Source: a virus (Duplodnaviria > Caudoviricetes). From it: a DNA stretch of 64,000 nucleotides. The stretch spans positions 1-64,000 of IMG/VR virus record IMGVR_UViG_3300028591_000142. One strand, written 5' to 3'. Of the stretch, positions 61,425 through 64,000 are shown in pieces; position 1 is the stretch's first letter; the number at the start of each line of letters is the position of its first letter. Below the pieces are notes generated by a model. That model worked only from the letters and a program-made list of their open reading frames with translations, was not told the DNA's origin and made no database searches. A program made the position numbers and the translations under genes.

Positions 61425-64000
61425 TTACTCATTTTCACCTATATAAAAACAACCAGTTCTTTCATTATTTGAACCATAGTCTTCAAACCTACTATTTGTA
61501 CCAACAATTAAATATTGTCTTGATGTTAAGTTTAATGCGTTTACACCATCTACTCTAGCGCTTAAGACCATCTCATCAACCTGTTCATAGTATGTGCTTA
61601 TTGCACTATCTACCGGGTTTGTAACTACCTGATAATCATCTCTGACACGCTGATAATACGTTTTATTTGGATTGACGGTCGTATCTTCTGTTAAAACATA
61701 ATTTCCAGAACTTCTGGATACATACATACCGGTTTCATCTACTTTGTTCTTTATATTATTTGCAGAATCAGTAATGTTTAGACCATCATCATTAAGTGTA
61801 AACCTCTTTTCCTTTGTTGTAACGTGGTCTGGTTCAGAGTTTTCTAGGTTTTGAACACTGATAGTTAAGTCTTTTGACGTTGTTTCTAGTGATAATAATC
61901 TGCCATCAGTATCTCCAACGGCAGCAGATATTTTTCCATCAACTATATCAAATAACGTCTTCTTTTCGGTTTCACTCTCTCTCTCGTAGTATGTATCAAT
62001 GTCTTGGTCTACAGGGTTATCCACAACTACATATTCCCCATCCACGTACTGATAATATGTCTTACTCGTATCTACGGTTGTATCTGATGTTAATACATAT
62101 GTCTCTGGTGTATAAGAATATATTTGCAAATTATTCCCTATAAGCACTTCTCCTATAATAGCTTCTCCGTTTACACCGTAAACAGTCTCACCATTACCAA
62201 GATTTAACTCACCAAGAGCGAGTTTACTTGTATCCCATCCGTCATTGGTAAATGCAATATTTGAACTTATTATTTTAATTTGGTGTGGGTCGAGCTCTCC
62301 GGTGTCTTCGTTTATCCTTCTTCCGGTATAACCGGCGGCATCAATAATAACCTCCTCACCAACAGATGACATTATATCAGCTAACGTAAAGTTTCTGGAC
62401 GATTTTATGGCTTCATTCATATAATCGAGCTCACCGTTTTTAATAGGATAAATAACATCTTTTACGTAGCTCAGTGTGTTAGCAGACTTACTAACACTAC
62501 CTAAAACATTTTCAAATAATGACCTTACATCATATTTATTTAATCTGTTACCGAATGTTAGACTAAAGTCTTTATCGTCATAGTTAATTGTCATTGAGGT
62601 TAAAAACAAAGATGCTATGTCGTTATTACGTAGTTCAACATTAATTATACAGCCAGTCTCAATACTATCGCTAAAATGTTTAAACTTTTTTGAAAAGATA
62701 AAATTTTCAACATCAATGCTAAATTCTTGTGTCGGAACCGACACTTTACCGAGTTGTAGCATAGCTCTGTCATACAAAATTTTCATCTGTGCGAACTTTT
62801 CACCATATGACATCTGGTCTGTAAAAACAACATAATCATCATTATAGCTACCCTGAAATATATAATTATTTAACTCAGCAAGCTCATCTGATGAAAAATA
62901 TGTATTAAACGAAAGCTCCTCTCTGATACCATTAATATTATCCAAGTCGTTATTAATGGCGTTGTTTATCATATCCAGTTCCCCGTATTCAGAATCAAGT
63001 TCGTCTTGGTAACTGGATATATAACCCTTAATATCTGACTTTAATTCATTTATTGACTTATTGATATCAATCTCAGGCGCGTGTTTGTCGAGATTGTTAA
63101 TAGCCGTATTATATCTGTTTATAAGTGTTTTCTTTGATTCGGCTATTATATTGTCCAAACACTGTTGGTATAAATCAATTATGCCTCTTAACCTATTAAT
63201 TTCTGCGTTGGTATTTGCCCTGGCTTGTAAATGAGTGTAATATGTGAGATTGTAATCATAATAATCGTCTCTTTGTAACTCAATCAAATCTTGCCATTCT
63301 TTGACTTTGTCACCGAGTTCGTTTGACATCCAGTCAAAATAATAACTGAAATTATATATTGTATTAGTACCTAATGGGTTTATTGCAGATATCAAAACAT
63401 CATCTCCGCCGGTAACACTGATTGCTGTATATAAATCATCTGCGTTTTCAGATACCGTCGCAGAGTCTATTAAATCATTGTTAGAAAGATAAATGTTTGA
63501 AGTATGGACGTACGAGGCTTGGTCATATACATTAACCAATCTGTTTATTATATCAAAAACAATAATACACTCATATGCATCTTGAACTTGCTCCATCAAA
63601 AACGATAAGCAATTGGAGTCAACAGAAATATCATTGAATGTTCTGTATCTGGATGCAACGCTTTCATCAATATGTCCGGGTTGCCATAAGGGAATTGTTT
63701 TTAATATCTGTTCCAGTATGCCCTCTCTATCATCTCCTGGTTGTGTAACAAACGGATATGTACCATCGCTAATAAATGGAATCATTTTTTGTTGAAGTTC
63801 TATGTCAATAGATTGCGCTTCGATATCCTTGTAATAGCGGTTACCATCATATCCATCTTGTACGCTATTTATCATAAAAAAGCCAATGTCTTTAAAAAAC
63901 ACAAGACGACGATTTTGTACAGAGTCATAAACACGTTCTGCAAACTCTTCCTTGCTTTCGTGTCTGACACCGATTACTTTTATGTTTATAATGTTCGTAT
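61425..64000 (-). CDS. tail spike/endopeptidase-like minor structural protein (5' end truncated by the window)
   Basis: Frame stays open to the window edge; coiled coil; AFTNDGW..ALG..YGV motif. Confidence 0.75.
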   Translation of the reverse strand, partial: TNIINIKVIGVRHESKEEFAERVYDSVQNRRLVFFKDIGFFMINSVQDGYDGNRYYKDIEAQSIDIELQQKMIPFISDGTYPFVTQPGDDREGILEQILKTIPLWQPGHIDESVASRYRTFNDISVDSNCLSFLMEQVQDAYECIIVFDIINRLVNVYDQASYVHTSNIYLSNNDLIDSATVSENADDLYTAISVTGGDDVLISAINPLGTNTIYNFSYYFDWMSNELGDKVKEWQDLIELQRDDYYDYNLTYYTHLQARANTNAEINRLRGIIDLYQQCLDNIIAESKKTLINRYNTAINNLDKHAPEIDINKSINELKSDIKGYISSYQDELDSEYGELDMINNAINNDLDNINGIREELSFNTYFSSDELAELNNYIFQGSYNDDYVVFTDQMSYGEKFAQMKILYDRAMLQLGKVSVPTQEFSIDVENFIFSKKFKHFSDSIETGCIINVELRNNDIASLFLTSMTINYDDKDFSLTFGNRLNKYDVRSLFENVLGSVSKSANTLSYVKDVIYPIKNGELDYMNEAIKSSRNFTLADIMSSVGEEVIIDAAGYTGRRINEDTGELDPHQIKIISSNIAFTNDGWDTSKLALGELNLGNGETVYGVNGEAIIGEVLIGNNLQIYSYTPETYVLTSDTTVDTSKTYYQYVDGEYVVVDNPVDQDIDTYYERESETEKKTLFDIVDGKISAAVGDTDGRLLSLETTSKDLTISVQNLENSEPDHVTTKEKRFTLNDDGLNITDSANNIKNKVDETGMYVSRSSGNYVLTEDTTVNPNKTYYQRVRDDYQVVTNPVDSAISTYYEQVDEMVLSARVDGVNALNLTSRQYLIVGTNSRFEDYGSNNERTGCFYIGENE

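Overview
About 64 kb of a large temperate Firmicutes (probably Clostridia) siphophage, apparently in the non-integrated state because an intact attP lies between xis and int. The + strand carries, in order: (1) a 70-bp tandem repeat and an early region rich in GGGTTT; (2) a ubiquitin-like conjugation operon (Ubl, tRNA-Leu, E2-like, JAB, E1/ThiF); (3) a retron-type reverse transcriptase; (4) many small accessory ORFs; (5) a LexA box, an orphan MazF and an MrpR/YopR-like repressor; (6) tRNA-Gln and a Thg1-like gene; (7) a replication module (ERF, SSB, PD-(D/E)XK nuclease, DnaB, DnaG, DnaE); (8) nucleotide metabolism genes (dNMP kinase, NT5C, NrdH, NrdD/G, FTR, dUTPase); (9) xis and attP (tRNA-Lys 3' half). 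The - strand carries int, lysis genes and tail genes. The main finding is one retron-like RT with seven dispersed msr/msd-like ncRNA cassettes (10039-18974). Each is closed by a co-varying a1/a2 inverted repeat followed by a conserved G, shares a conserved stem-loop, and carries a different msd payload. Also notable: three tRNA mimics with aberrant anticodon arms, an E2 paralog lacking the putative catalytic Cys, and seven small proteins sharing a C-terminal S/T-x-x-E-L/I-x-x-F tag. All calls were made by eye; no database searches were run.
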